NCBI GenBank assembly: GCA_043228905.1
Contig: JBHGNT010000016.1
Span: 17,608,001 to 17,672,000, forward strand
DNA: 64,000 bases
Direction of reading: 5' to 3'
Source: Azolla caroliniana
Taxonomy: Eukaryota; Plantae; Polypodiophyta
Position numbers and translations under genes: made by a program. Position 1 is the first letter of the stretch; every line of letters starts with the position of its first letter. Positions 50,450-64,000 of this stretch are shown one piece after another. Under the pieces are notes generated by a model. The model saw only the letters and a list, made by a program, of their open reading frames with translations, searched no databases and was not told where the DNA came from.

Positions 50450-52150
50450 GGCAGCCATGTAAGGTTTATTGTCATTTCATCAACAAAGTTTAAGGAAGAA
50501 TTGAGAGAAAGCGTATTTTGGAAGTTGCACCAAATGGATGATCATTGGAGAGTCATTTAGCAGGTAATTTGACTGTTGAACGTAATTAAGTAGGTGCTTC
50601 ATACCTTAGCTTATATGATAGAGGGACTAGCTAGAATTTGTGCTTGTAAAACATTTCCCTGAGTGCGAGAGTCTATGGTCCATGTTTTAGTCCCTAATGT
50701 GGTGTCCACTATTCTTACTCTTATCCTTCTAGATACTACTCTCTATATGAACATAGTGTATGATTAGTGGTAATTTCTTTTATTTATTTATTGGTGGTCG
50801 TATTGTGATGAAGCGTTACGAATCCAAATTACTCGTGAAGAGATAGAATAACCAGGAAGAGGAACAAATGTTTGGGTCTGCCTATCAGCTTCAGTTTTCG
50901 TAACATCCGCACTAAGATCCGAAAGTGAAGCAAATTATGGGAGTGGGTGTTCCTGTGGCACTGAATGAAAGAGTCTTCAGGAAGAGATCATCCCTGTTGT
51001 CCTCCATCTTCCAATAGACCAAAGAAATTATTCCATCTAATAAGAGCTTCTCCCGAACAAAGCGAGATTGTATCTGAATTGGTTTGGACTGGGATACAAG
51101 CACCAACTCCAACTCATCTCAAAGATACCTACCTTTTATGGGAAACAATAGTGCATCTTTGTCATTACCTAATCTCCATAGAGACAACTTAAGTAGTCTC
51201 ATGCTACACATGCCAAACTCCTCTTGCAAAGTATCATTAGTACTGTTGATGTAAGGAACATTTTCCGCAGTGAGTATGAGATCATCCACATAGAGCACAA
51301 TGACCATTGAAAGATCATTCTCATAAAATTTCAATACTGTTAATGTATTTTGAATAGGAATTTATATCTATCTGATACATTAGCCACCTTTTTCTGCAAG
51401 CCACAACAAATTGTGGCCCTTAATCTTCGTAAATGCCATTCACATCGTTGGAGCAAAAGTATCACCATAAACCACCTCATTTAACATAACCTTGGGCACA
51501 AGTCTAATATTATGCTTTTTCCAATGGAAAGCTCATAGCATCACCACGGAACATTTCAGTCCTGGAAAGTGCCAAATACTGCAAACTGAAATTGTGTACA
51601 ATCCTAACACCAATTTGGCTGATGTGAAATTGCAATCAGATCCAGGCTCTGGTCGGCCAACTCTATTCCAGACCTGAGTATTGGATGATCCACCGTACAC
51701 CCCAGCCTGTTGGGAACCCCTCTGGCCTAGTGTCTATGGATACACCATGCGTCTGTCGACCACTATCTGATCTCTAACTGGAAGCGGAGATTCCACAAAA
51801 ATAATTACATGATATAGGATCTGTTTTTCCCGTCTTAAGTCTTGGGCACATGTGCAGATACATCACAGACAAGTCTGCAAAAGTTAGAAATGCTAGGCTG
51901 CTTGGCAAAATAGGTCTTGACTAGAATCTGCTTAAGAATCTCTGCCTGAGGACACCTGCTAAGTATATGGTTCACCATGGCAGCACTTTCAACCTGAAGG
52001 TTTCATCAAAGGTTCGTGTGTTCAAGCACATCCATGTCCTGGCTATCTCCATCATAATCTCATTCTTAAACTACATGGTACTCTACACCCGCATGCCTAG
52101 ATTCCTTTTCCACCAAGAAGCCTTTCCAATTTTTTAAGCTATGACAAACT
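50450..52150 (-). pseudogene. Highly decayed copia RT/RNase H relic in the putative 5'-UTR intron
   Basis: ORF 51119-51334 reads IVLYVDDLILT...EFGM (copia RT YVDD region). Boundaries approximate. Confidence 0.55.
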
Positions 52151-53349
52151 TCACTCTTCTAATAAAGAAAAAACACCCAGATTAACACGTTATACTCACA
52201 TTATAAGCAAATATTTACGTCCTCTTCTCTGTAAATAGTAAAAAACGACCACCATCTAGATCTCGTGCATAGATGCTGAAAATTGATGTGCTCAAACAGG
52301 TCATCCCATAAATCAAACCGGAGTTCAAGCTTTCAAAACACATTAACCGAGTCAAAAGTCAAAATCCAGATCAGAAAAAGAAATGTTCTGCATGTCTTTT
52401 GTGGATGCAAAAGATCCCCATCTAGACCCCTTCCACCAAAAGTTACTGAAAATTGAGGTGATCAAATTGAGCAATGCTATAAGTCAACTCCGAATCGAAA
52501 CTTACACCAGCCCCTGAACCCTAACCTATCTATAGGTATATATATACACAGATATAAATACACATGTACGTGTCTTTATATACCTATATATATGTATCTA
52601 TTTGCAATTGTCCATTGACAGTTTCATTTCAAAACAATAAACAGAGGCATATATACAAGTAAATACCCAAAATGAAATAAGGAAACCAAAAGTAAAGCGA
52701 AACAAGAAAATGCCTAGTATAATGTCATAAACTTAACTATTATTCAATTCTACTGTAGCTTTATCTTAAGGGAAAGTAAATGTTTTCAGGAAGCACACCA
52801 TAGGATCATAAACTTAGCATTACAGTTGCCATCAACAAGATGATAGTATCGGAGTACAGCATATATTATCATCAAAAGAGTAATATATGAGAAAGGTTCC
52901 ATTAGTCTGTTCCCTTTTCAACAATATGTTGGTGTAGGATCTAATCACTGTGATTGTTTCAAACCTATATCAGGTTCATCTATACACATATGTTTATTTA
53001 TAATGGAAAACAGTCAAAACATTTGGTGCTATGTTTCTCTGTTTTTTGATGGGTCCAAAATCAAGAAACACCTGCATTTTGTGTTTCCTCATTTCAAAAA
53101 TGCTGCTAAACTATGATGGCAGTCATGCAGTTGGATTCTGATCTTACTAATTTACATGTCAAATCAAAATGTAGCAGTTGAACGTATGATCTTGTGGTCT
53201 CTTCAAGAAAATCTTATCAACTAAATAGTTCCAGACACATATATGGTCTCTCCACATTTATATTTCACTTTGTTTGCTGACAGTAGCCAAGTTAAGGATA
53301 ACACTGTGCCGAAGGACAGGCTGTAACACTGCTTTAATCAACACCATTG

Positions 53350-54631
53350 ATGGGCAGTGGACCTAGCAGAGAACAGAGAAATGACTACCCTGTTTACCCT
53401 CAGCCAAGGTATATTTTACCTCCAGGACAGCCAACTTATCCTCCTGTTGAGTATCAACAATACAGGCCAGGTGCCATGACCCACATGTATCCACCAGGTT
53501 ATTATCACCAACAATATCCAAATCCAAACATTGGGCATCGGCCTCCATTTCCAGCACCGTCTCCTTCTGCATCTCATCCACCTCAACAAACTGTCACTGT
53601 ACGTAATCCTGTGAACATAAACAAGGGAACTATTCAGTTGGTTAAGGATACAGAAAATCCGGGGTTTTATCTACTCACCTTTTCTTACGATGCTGAAACT
53701 CCAGGAAGGTAAAAAGAGATGGTGTGTCCATAAGCTTTGAATCTCAAGTCCTGATAAATAAGGTAAATATTTTTCAACGTTGCATGTGATGTCTGCAGCT
53801 TCAATATTTTTCTTTTTGCAAAGGAGGATGCAACAGATTGTAGCATCAAGCCTCTTTCTCCTAAAATTTTCAGCCCTATAAGAATACCCTTTGAAAGAGG
53901 TGTTGCTCGAGCATTTAAGCAACCTTCTGGAACAGGCTTTTATTTGGATGGTTATGATCCAGCTGATTTGGAGAAGGAAGGAGATGATCAGGTTTGTCCC
54001 TTAGTAATTAGAGCTCAGACTAATGCCTCAGGATCTGAAGGAACCTCAAGTTCTCAACAGAACACTCAGACTAATGCTGCAGGATCTGAAGGAGCCTCAG
54101 TTATTAATGAGAATTTTGGTGCAGCACTTCCAAAGTCTGTGAATTCACAGGTAACCGAAGCAGTTATTTTGAAAAATGAGAATGGAGATTGCAAGGTGCA
54201 GGTGTTGAGACAGATTATTTGGGTTGATGGTGTAAGATATGAATTGAAAGAATTGTATGGAGTTGAAAATGCCGGGGATAAAAGTGAAAATGCTGAAGAT
54301 GATGAAGAGGATTTTGGAAAGGAATGTGTCATCTGCATGTCAGAAACTCGAGATACTGCTGTATTGCCATGCCGTCACATGGTAAATAATGATTTTGGTA
54401 GCTCATTTTTCAATGTTCTTTTCTTATCTTTATTACTAGCAACGCTTAATGAAGGTAATGCTATTTTTTTTAGCCCATGGGCTGTGAGCCATTTTTAGTG
54501 TTTCTCTTGTTCGGTTCTTGCAGTGCATGTGCAGTGGATGTGCTGAAGAGTTCAAAACTCAAATGAACAAGTGTCCCATCTGCCGACAACAGGTTGAGTC
54601 ATTTCTCAAAATCAAAGTCAGAAAGAAATAG
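53350..54631 (+). CDS. LOG2: LOG2/LUL-family (MGRN1/RNF157-like) RING-HC E3 ubiquitin ligase, 349 aa; exons 53350-53708, 53799-54381, 54524-54631
   Basis: N-terminal MGSGPS (myristoylation-type), P/Y-rich region, DAR2-like domain (VRNPVNINKGT...FFAKE-like...FKQPSGTG...RQIIWVDGVRYELKELYG) and C3HC4 RING CVIC...LPCRHMCMCSGC...CPICR. GT-AG introns give 1050 nt in frame. Orthology within LOG2/LUL1-4 is not resolvable. Confidence 0.93.
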
Positions 54632-56187
54632 AGGGTAGAAGAAAGACATGAATCACACATGTAAAAAAAAATGTGGTAGCCTTTTCAACAGAACCTCTTC
54701 TAAAGGTCTGTAGAAACCAGGCAATTTGTATGTAAGATTATTAGTAAGCTATTGTTGTCTCTAAATTCAGACAAGATAGCTCTATTCACCTAAATTTTAA
54801 GAAAGTGCCATATATCCAGTTGTATAGCTCTGCTTGTGTACCTCAATAAGGATTCTTTGACAGTTAGAATTTTTCTTTTTCTCATAACACGGTTGTAACG
54901 AGAATGAGAAGATTATGTATGTACAAAGGGTATTTTTATTGTCTTTTTCTGTTTTGTTCTTGAACTTTGCCTTCAGGTATTTTACACCTCTTATTTCCTA
55001 TGTAGATAAAAGAATACTTCAGTTCATCTGTTTCGATATGTAAATAAAGACCCCATTTTTTTATCAAAGAAATGAGTACCACACATCAAGGAATAGTGCA
55101 GAAAGAGAAGCAAATTATCTGTCTTTAATTATTCTGCACTGATTCTTTATTTATCTGTACACTTTCAATGTAGAATGTTGGTAATTTTTGTGGTAAACGT
55201 TTCATGTGATTCTACTCTATTTGGCTCGTGGTTTACCATGGTAATCTTTCTGAAGTAGGATATATGAGGTGTGAGATATAATAGTTGATATGGGGAAATT
55301 ATGTAATTTCCTTAACAAGTCAATGAATAGAAAGACTTAAAAACTGTTCTTATTTATGAATCCATGGTGTTTGTCTAGGTTGCCGTCACTGAATTTTATT
55401 GGCTCTTACCTATGCAGCATCAATACTCCCAGTTTGAACTTTACTGTATGTAAACATACTGCAGATTGGTTATGGGGCATTTCTTGTCTTTCCTATTGCA
55501 TGGTTTTTGCCCTTAGGTAGTGCTTGTTTTTATTCCCATTACGTCCTCCATTCTTGCTGATTTGGTCTTCTTCTTCCTCTTGGGAATGGGCGCCGAACAT
55601 AATGAGCTCCTTTGCCAATGTCTAGAGTAGGGTAGATTAGCATTATGTACAGTAGGAAACCCTAGTCTAGTTGTGACTATCAAGGTATAGTGCAAAAAAC
55701 ATTGTTGACTCATTTCTCATCCATCATGCTGGATAATATAAGCAATCGTTGGATGTTGATTTTCAACTACATTTGAACTTTTTGCTGCCTTGTCTGTCTT
55801 GGCTAGTTCTTATAAGGTCTAAACCTTTTAAAACTTGTTTAACCACCAATGCCTATGTCCAACCACTTAAGGCATGTCATTAGTTTGAACCTTCATCCAT
55901 TGAGTTCTTGGCTTGGAGAAGTATTTGTTACCAATGGCATCTCATCATTATCTAGCAATCATCCACCTTTGCAAACTAGTACATGAATTTTCAGGTGGGG
56001 ATTCCCCTTGCAATCGCTTCCATGAGCATATATAGTTGAGTGATTTAGGTTGCTCTAAAGTTAAATTTTGTTCCCTTGCAATTGCTCCCAGAACGTAATA
56101 AACCATAGTTATTTGAAATGATTTACTAGACTCTAGATACCACAATAGCTAGAGCTTTTTTATTGTAAAGTAGCTCAAACATTCGGG

Positions 56188-56351
56188 ATCAATATGTTGC
56201 TTAAGCACGAAACTTTTAAGGTAAAATTAAACTATTAAAACTATAAATTATATTTGGCTCAGAGATGAGAATATCAATATGTTGCTTCCACACAAAACTT
56301 TTAAGGTAAAATTAAACTATTAAAACTACAAATTATATTAGGCTTGGAGAT
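56188..56351. repeat. 85-bp tandem duplication
   Basis: ATCAATATGTTGCTT...ACTTTTAAGGTAAAATTAAACTATTAAAACT at 56188 and 56273. Confidence 0.85.
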
Positions 56352-58749
56352 TATTCTCATGTGAGGTGATTTTCAAATATTGCAACAAGAAATATTGTAA
56401 ACCACACCATTAATTTCTGGTATTACAAATGCATATTACACTAAAGTTAAGGGTTTTTACGAGTAGGGAACATTCAACAATAAGTTCAACTCTTTGCAAA
56501 CAAAATTCAACCATGACCCAATGAATTTTGCTTGATTGTATTCCACATTTATATCTACATTAAGAAAGACCTATAATTTGATTTGACCCATGTCCTTGTT
56601 GTTCCTATGCCACACCATGTGCAATTTATTTGGATCCACATGAGATTGGTGTAAATCTACAAAAAAGCTTCTTTTTATTTCATCTACATCCCAATTCTTG
56701 TTAAGAGAGTACGTATTGAAAAGTGTGCATATAAATGAACTCGTATCAATGTCTCGCGGGAAATCAATAAAGTCCCTATAAAGCCCTCAATTTTTAATGT
56801 CTTCTCACACTACATATCCTTTTTAGTGTCCTTTTGAGGACTTGATTTGTATTGACATTAACAAGTATTCACTTTTGACTTGCATTTATTAAACATATAG
56901 ACCTCAAAATATGATAGTATGCATAGTGGCGATGATCAAATAATGTGAGTGCAAATTACATCAAAATTTGGAACTTTGGTCCCTATAATTGACATTTCTC
57001 CCTAGGTTTTTGGCATCCCCCCTAACCATGATTACATTGATGATATAGTGAGTTTCTAAATCATTATTAGCTAGAAGTATTGGAGGTGATAGAGTTTTCG
57101 TCAATGCATGTTCAGTTTGCTAAGCAAATTAGAGGATCGTCAGTTCAGTTCATCAATGCACATTGCCGATTGGGAAGGATCGCTTCCATCATTAAAGGGC
57201 TTTGTGATGTTCAATTCAGGGAGAATATGGTGTAGCTAACTCACATGTCTTATTTGTGTCATATCAACATACATAAGTTTGTGGTTATTTGTACAATGTT
57301 ATAGAGTAAGTTTTCATTTACATACATGGAAGCTCTCTACTCAATGTAAAATAACTTGTGTATCAAGCAAGACCATAAATTAACCTAGTCTCAATCACAA
57401 ATTAGTTGTAACAAAGGAAAAGCCTTCTAGCATTACACGTTCAAAAGAAACAATGTGGATTAAGTATCTACCTTGGGGAGATTAATTCATCTCTTGAGAA
57501 TCCCTGTGGTACTCCTTCATTTAGGTTAGGACTTCCTCGCTCATCCTCCATTAGACTTGCCTCAGAAAGACGGTCTAGCAAAAGCATGAATCCGGAATCT
57601 TCCATCCTTTGTTCAATGGAAGACTTACAGATGTTCTAATCAATGGAATTGTAACCTTTTTCAATGCTTCGTTATGTGCAAGGACTAAGTACCACATGTG
57701 TTGAAACAATGTCTCTTCACTGAAATAAGGTAGGACATACACATGCTCCATTCCCTTTTGATTCATTTCATGGATGTGCAAATCTTCGCTAAGATACAAA
57801 TTTGCCTCTCTTTATTTGCATTCTTACTCAAAGGCCTTGCAACAATTTAGACTAGCATTTCTCATAGCTACATTTAAATCAACCGTTAATGTTGGTGTAG
57901 AAGGGCAAGCATTGGCATTGTCCAAGAATATTGTGTCCAAATTGTCACAATGAAGCAACGCAAGGCCTAGCAAGGATTTGTCAAATCCTTAAAGCAAAAA
58001 GAACTTGAGATGTTCCAAAGGATCTTTGAAGTTGAGAATTCACTACATAGAAACGCACCAAACTTAGAATGTAATGTAAACAAACCATTAATACTTCATT
58101 CCTAAAACATTAGTCTCTACATACATCGACCATTTTGTTTGAATATTGGGTTACAAACTGCTTTTGTTTTATTATGTGCTAGACTTCGTTCCTCATTTAG
58201 TATTCGAGAAGATAATACTAGTCTAACAAGTAATACAAAATAGAATAAGATATTCGTGTGACGTACATTGAGAAGTTTGCAACATCTTGAGCCCAACAAT
58301 TTCTATCACATTCTAACATAAGGCTACAATCCCATCAAACATGCTAATATTTGATGTTATACAAAGCTTGTAGAAGATTTATGTCAACGAAACTAAGAAA
58401 ATCCTTATGAGAGCAATTGATCCTTAGATTAGTAATTGTGTAAACTTGATAATGCATATCAATACATTTAACACCATCTTATGGTTATTCATGTACTATT
58501 TATCAAATATAATAGATTAATTAAATGCACGGTCTATTTGCAGTGCAACGATGTGAAAATGATATCTTTACATGCTCTAACTTGAAAGATGTTTCGACCA
58601 CCATAAATGTTTCATGAGCATGAATACACATGCATGCATGCACATATGCCGCACGAACAAACACACATACTTTTTTATTATAATACATCGTACCCATAGC
58701 AACTCTCTCTCAAGTTTCTTACACTTCTCTTTGTCATAGTACATACATA

Positions 58750-59950
58750 ACCAATGGACACATAAGTGGTGTCTCATCCACTTTAAAAGGTATAAAATGG
58801 TGGGGCTCCATGTGAAGACACAAGAAAATATTGCTTTTTCCTCCATCGAGTGTCTTTGAGTCCTTTGAAATGTGAGACTTCTCATTGGACAACATCCTTT
58901 TTTATATCTTTGAATCGAAGACATAGTGAATACATTAAGCGAAAACACTATTGCATAGTGAATTCAAACATGCTACTTTCATGTCAATTTCATACAAATG
59001 TGGTACTGATGTGGTGGTGATGGAAAGTGTCGTTGGAAAGTGTTGTACTCTTAATTCTAATCTATGTTGTATTGAAGATTGCTGACACAATCCCAAGGCA
59101 TGGGTTAGTGCTAGCAATGGATGTCCTTTGTTATTTCATATAAGACTATGTTAACTTGTGAGCATGTCCATATTTACAAAATCTTGTTAGGGAATAAGCG
59201 CGACTAACTTTGTTGACGAGCTTAAATTTGCATTTCTACTATTGCCAATGTCTACAATGTGATCCAATGGCTACTTTGTCCATCTACAATTGATATTGTA
59301 GGTATGACTTGGTCGGCCAACAAATAAAACATTTTTCATATTTAGGCTATGAAGAAAACATTGATATTGAGAGAAATGTTGAAATTTTGATTAATTTCTT
59401 CAAACAAGGCTAATTGGCCTTTTGAACTCTAATGTTGAGATATACAAAACTTTATTTGAAAGAGATATAAGACCGTCTTTTAATATCTTTCATTTAACAT
59501 GGGCCATTTTGCAATTATGTAAATGTAACTTAAGCCTAATCTTCAAGAGAAATGGTCGAACATGCTTATATCTTTGTGGATTCCAATAGGCATAAAAATA
59601 CACAAATCATATAATTCAATAATGTTTGTGGTGATATTGACATTCATGCATCGTGGTTGAGATTCATGGGCTATTTGTGTCCAAGGAAAGGGTTGGGGAA
59701 TCTTTTTATGAACATGGCACATGGTCTTGCAACATCCAAAGTTCAAGTTATTGGAGATTGTCCTTGGTCTCACATGAATAAGAATTGTTAAGGGATAATA
59801 TTCCACATCACGTATGCTTCGATTATTTTGAAATACAAGCATGTCATTGTGACATGGACATTGGTCATAGGTTGACGCAGTCTCCAAAATTTTGTATCCC
59901 TATCGCACTCATTTGTTTTGTGTTGTTGTTCTTGGCATGCATACATTATA
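58750..59950 (-). pseudogene. Possible very decayed PIF1-like helicase (Helitron) remnant
   Basis: Motif-like remnants occur in the expected order on the minus strand: IGIHKDISM (~IIDEISM), VLFVG (~LFVGD) and LTFQRTQRHSM (~T.HKSQG.T). Many stops and frameshifts; weak. Confidence 0.3.
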
Positions 59951-61419
59951 CAAATGACAATGGCAATCCAAAGGATGTGAAGTGCGAATATTGTGTAGCA
60001 TATGTAATAGGCAAGGAATAGTATGAATTGGTTGGGTTGTTTAAGGGCCAACTAAAGGATGACCCAAAGTTAAAAAATGGGTAGAGTGGCAAGGCCTAGA
60101 GGGATCTAGTCTATACCATTGAAGAGGTGAGTGGTTAAAGCCTTGACAAGGGGCCGAATGAAATGCCACATCACTCCTATTTGAAATGAAGTTCACATTT
60201 GAAGCTCAAGGGTCAAAATGAGAATTAAGCTCTGGTTTTTTCTAATGTCATTATAGTTACAACATTCACCTTGTTTTAGGTTTTTATTTGTTGCGATCAC
60301 CCTTCCTATATATCCTCAACATGTATAGGTAGTGTTCATGAGCAAGAAGAGCATGCATCCATACTTGTCCATGATAGTTTCGAAGTTGGAAGCAAATAAA
60401 AACTAAAGGTAAGTAGATTATACAACTGACAATCTTATTTGGACATAGTTGAACGTGCTTTGTCTTGTCTTGCTACTGAGGTTGTTGAAAGGTTATGGGC
60501 TGTGGAGTCGAAGGACATTTGTCTCATTTGTATTATTTTTTCGATGCTCTTCGTCATCTCTATAACTTGTATCTAGTTTGTCTCCTTATTGTACGAATAT
60601 ACACTCACATGTCCTACTCTCATGAATGCTCTTTACAACTCATACACATGTCTCTCACTTTTTATTGGGATTATAATCTATGACAATAGTTGTAAGCACA
60701 CAATTAAAATGTTACCTTTCCATCAAACAATTGCAAATCGTCAAGTGGGCAAACACATAAAATGGTTGATAAATCATCGTTTCATGCATTGCATGCAAGA
60801 GTCGTGACAAATCTGAAACTTTGTTCACCATCACTACTGCTTTCATTTAATTTTATGATATCATGCCAAATCACGAGTCAGAGTCGAGGGGTAAAAAAGA
60901 AGAAGAAGAAGAGGATCAGAGTAAAAACGTTCAGTTTCGAGGTGCCACCTCGAGGTGGATGTAGCTGTGAAAAAGGTCCTTCAAAGTTGAAGTGAATGGA
61001 ACAGACACTGTAGTGAAACCTAAAAAGTAGAAGTTATAAAATGAAAAAGATCTAGACATAAAAAGAGAACCAAACCCAAATGGGATGAAATAATAATATA
61101 TGTATATGCAGGTAACGTTTTTTCGTGCTAAACAATAGGTAGCCGAAACTTATGTACGATACACACACACACATGCATATATATTGACACACAACAACCA
61201 CGACTTTCCGCTACAGACTCAGAATATTATAGCTATGCTATAATTTTGACATACAAAAGTCATAGTGTTAGCAGGGCATCTGACTAGCACAACGACATGT
61301 TTTTTGTTCCTAACACAACTAATCAGAAACGCCAACTTGCAGTTTGTTGACAGCACACGCATGCAATGCGAGCATTTTGAGATCATGTGATACATCGGGA
61401 GGAGGTTTTCCAATCCCTA

Positions 61420-61857
61420 AGATATATATATATATATAGAGAGAGAGAGGTGGCGAATGGCTTTCATTGGACAAATTTGTGGCGAAAGGCTTTCATTGGA
61501 CAATTTTGAGTGGTAAGGATTCGATCGAAAAAAGAAGAAGAATGAAGAAGAAGAAGAAGAAGAATGAAGAAGAAAAAGGATGGTAGTATTGTGTGTGTGT
61601 ATGTTAGTTATTGGTTTATTGTTTCTTCACATGGATTTTGAAGGGGTGTTGGGGCCAAAAAAGCAAGAAAAAGCAAGAGAGAGGAAAATCAAGATAAAAG
61701 AAGAGAGAGGAAAATCAAGATAAAAGAAGAGAGAGGAAAAGACCAAAATAATTTTGGCAGGATCTCCTCCTTTTCTTGCACTCAAACGAAATAAATTTAA
61801 AATGAGTTAGATAAATGAAATATAAAATGAGTTGGATAAATGAAATATAAAATGAGA

Positions 61858-61888
<31 letters not shown>

Positions 61889-62058
61889 GATTTTCAAATT
61901 GATTTCAGCGCATGGACTTGTGAATCTTCCAAAACGCAAAACGCAAAAGGCACGCAGCAAAAAAAGATGCAGTTGGCAAACGAAATCCATAAATAAATAA
62001 AACAAACAAACAAACAAATAAATAAAGACATGAATAAATAGATAAATAGACAAATAGA

Positions 62059-62093
<35 letters not shown>

Positions 62094-63097
62094 ATAGATA
62101 AATAGACAAATAGATAAATAAATAAATAGATAAATAAATAAATCGATAAAAACTAAAAAAGATTTATCTGGATTTTCTTGTGGGAAAAAAAAAGGATTTT
62201 AATAAATACATAAATGTAAAGCGCGTGCTGAGCTGGCATCGATGGAGCAGCAGCGCCAGCTGGACCCCATCTCTTCTCTCTCTCTCTCTCGCTCTCTCGC
62301 CCTCCCCAGCCAGAGCTGACGTGTCGCCCTCCCATTCGCCCGAGCCGCTGCCACCTCCCCCGCCGACGTGGCGTGAGTACGGCCCCTCCGTGACGTGGCA
62401 CGCTCCCCGAGGGGGGGCCAGCTGGCCGGGGTGGCGCTGCGGGCGTGGCAGAGGCCCGCCGCCAGCTGTCTGTGGCTGGTCCGACGTGGCAGGAGACGTG
62501 GGGGTGGCACTGCCGACGTGGCGGTGACGTGGAGGGTGGCGCTGCCGACGTGGCGGTGACGTGGCGGTCCGACACGGCAGTCGAGTTGGCATCCAGCTGG
62601 AGGGGCCATTAACCGTCTCTTCTTCTTCTGCACCGTTCTTCTGCCTGTCTGTCTGTCTGTCTGCTTCTGCTTCTGCTTCTTCTTCTTCTTCTTCTTCTTC
62701 TTCTTCTTCTTCAAAAATGGTGCAGACAGACGCCTGCAGAAGAACCAAACCCTAGGAAGCGCTCCATGGCTTCTTCCTTCCTCCTTCTTCTCTGAATTCC
62801 TTCCTTCCTTCCTTCCTTCCTTCCTTTCTTCTTCTTCTTCTTCTTCTTCTTCTTCTTCTTCATCTTCTTCTTCTTCTTCTTCTTCTTCTTCTGTGCGCTG
62901 CCCCTCCTGCGTGGTTCCTTCCTCGGGAACCCCCTCCCCTCCCCTCCATACCCTACCCTAACTCTCCATCTCCTTCTTCCTCTCTCATAACGCGCCTGCA
63001 CGCCGTCAAAAGGATCCATCGATCGATCAGCAGAACTTCCTCTCCCTCCCTTTCTGCTCTGAGAACGCAGCATCCTGCCAAAAACCTCGGAGCTTCC

Positions 63098-63134
<37 letters not shown>

Positions 63135-63600
63135 GCCTAGACTTTTTTTGGTGTATACTGGACTCTTCCAACTAGTAACCTCTAGAAGCTCTTGAAGCTT
63201 CCATCGCCCTACTGTACTCTTTGAACTTTGCGTCTTGCAGGAGCTTGGAAGCTTCCAGTGTCTCTCTGCCATATGTATGTATATACGTACCTGTTGGTGA
63301 AACTGTTTTGGAATATCGACGAAGCTAAGAGAGTGTGAAGAAGAACCTGTTGCTGCATTACTGTAGCAATTGATCGCCATAGCATGCAAAAGCTCGACAG
63401 CTTCCACTATTTCTGTCACATCTCTCTCTCTCCCCTGTATTCTTCTTCCTTCCTTCCTCCCTTTTCTGTGGTACTGAAACATAGGACTAGCTCTTCTCTG
63501 CTTATCTTCCAGGCAGTAGTACCTCGGCAATTGGATACCTTCAACCTCTCATAATTTCTGATATATATATATATATATATATATATCTATATATATCTCC
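61420..63600. repeat. Microsatellite-rich block ((TA)n, (GA)n, (GAA)n, (TAAA)n, (CTT)n) with a GC-rich GACGTGGC-repeat core
   Basis: (TAAA/TAGA)n ~61855-62150; repeated (GCC)GACGTGGC ~62315-62570; (CTT)n ~62675-62712 and ~62826-62892; (TA)n ~63560-63597. Confidence 0.8.
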
Positions 63601-64000
63601 CTCTCCACTGTGTTTAGCTCACATCTTCACTTTCATCTTTCGTCTGTGGTGCTGATTGCATTAAACGCTGGACTAACAAAGAAATCGTCACCTGCACATG
63701 CACTGTGTGCGAATTCACTGTTTTGAACGGATTTTATCATGAGGATGATTAACACAGAGAGAAATGTTGTACGATCAGGAGGATTTCTCAAAGACAGGCA
63801 AGGTCTAGTGGGAATTATGGATTCTCATGAAATGTCGTTGTCGTCTCCATCCAAATCCTCCAAGCCTTTGATGAACAAATTACAGTCTCGAACTAATGGA
63901 GGAGTCTGTTTATCAGACATCAACACACAGAATTACACTAGGCAGTGCTGGAAATCGTACACTACTCATTATGCGAAAGGAGGTCTTATACTCTCATCGT

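Noticed and set aside
53944-54498. Stand-alone 184-aa ORF with a hydrophobic C-terminus
   Set aside because: It is exon 2 of the RING gene read into intron 2. Splicing at 54381/54524 completes the C3HC4 RING.
61715-63073. Poly-K/E/F and YLFI-repeat ORFs
   Set aside because: These are translations of (CTT)n and (TAAA)n microsatellites and GC-rich repeats.

Overview
Eukaryotic land-plant nuclear DNA; a non-seed plant such as a fern is an inference from element types, not shown. Positions 1-46120 are a dense nest of retrotransposons. Four elements have both LTRs and 5-bp TSDs: Ty1/copia 10615-16723 and 20457-26004, and Ty3/gypsy 26104-35884 and 37623-45230. The nest also holds a solo LTR, several truncated copia/gypsy/L1 pieces, a poly(A)-tailed TSD-flanked non-coding insertion and a plastid-type trnS-GCU fragment. 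Two nested hAT-type MITEs (46601-47453) precede the only intact host gene, a 3-exon LOG2/LUL (MGRN1-like) RING E3 ligase (CDS 53350-54631, 349 aa), which probably has a ~5.3-kb 5'-UTR intron. The rest is decayed repeat DNA and microsatellites. The most striking observation concerns both related gypsy elements: they lack a polypurine tract. Instead, 2 nt before the 3' LTR, they carry a conserved copy of a tRNA(Arg)-like 3' end ending in CCA, i.e. a second, inverted primer-binding site. This suggests tRNA- or tRNA-mimic-primed plus-strand synthesis. The same family has an extra coiled-coil ORF behind conserved ABRE/RY-like blocks. All coordinates and mismatch counts were read by eye; no database searches were run.
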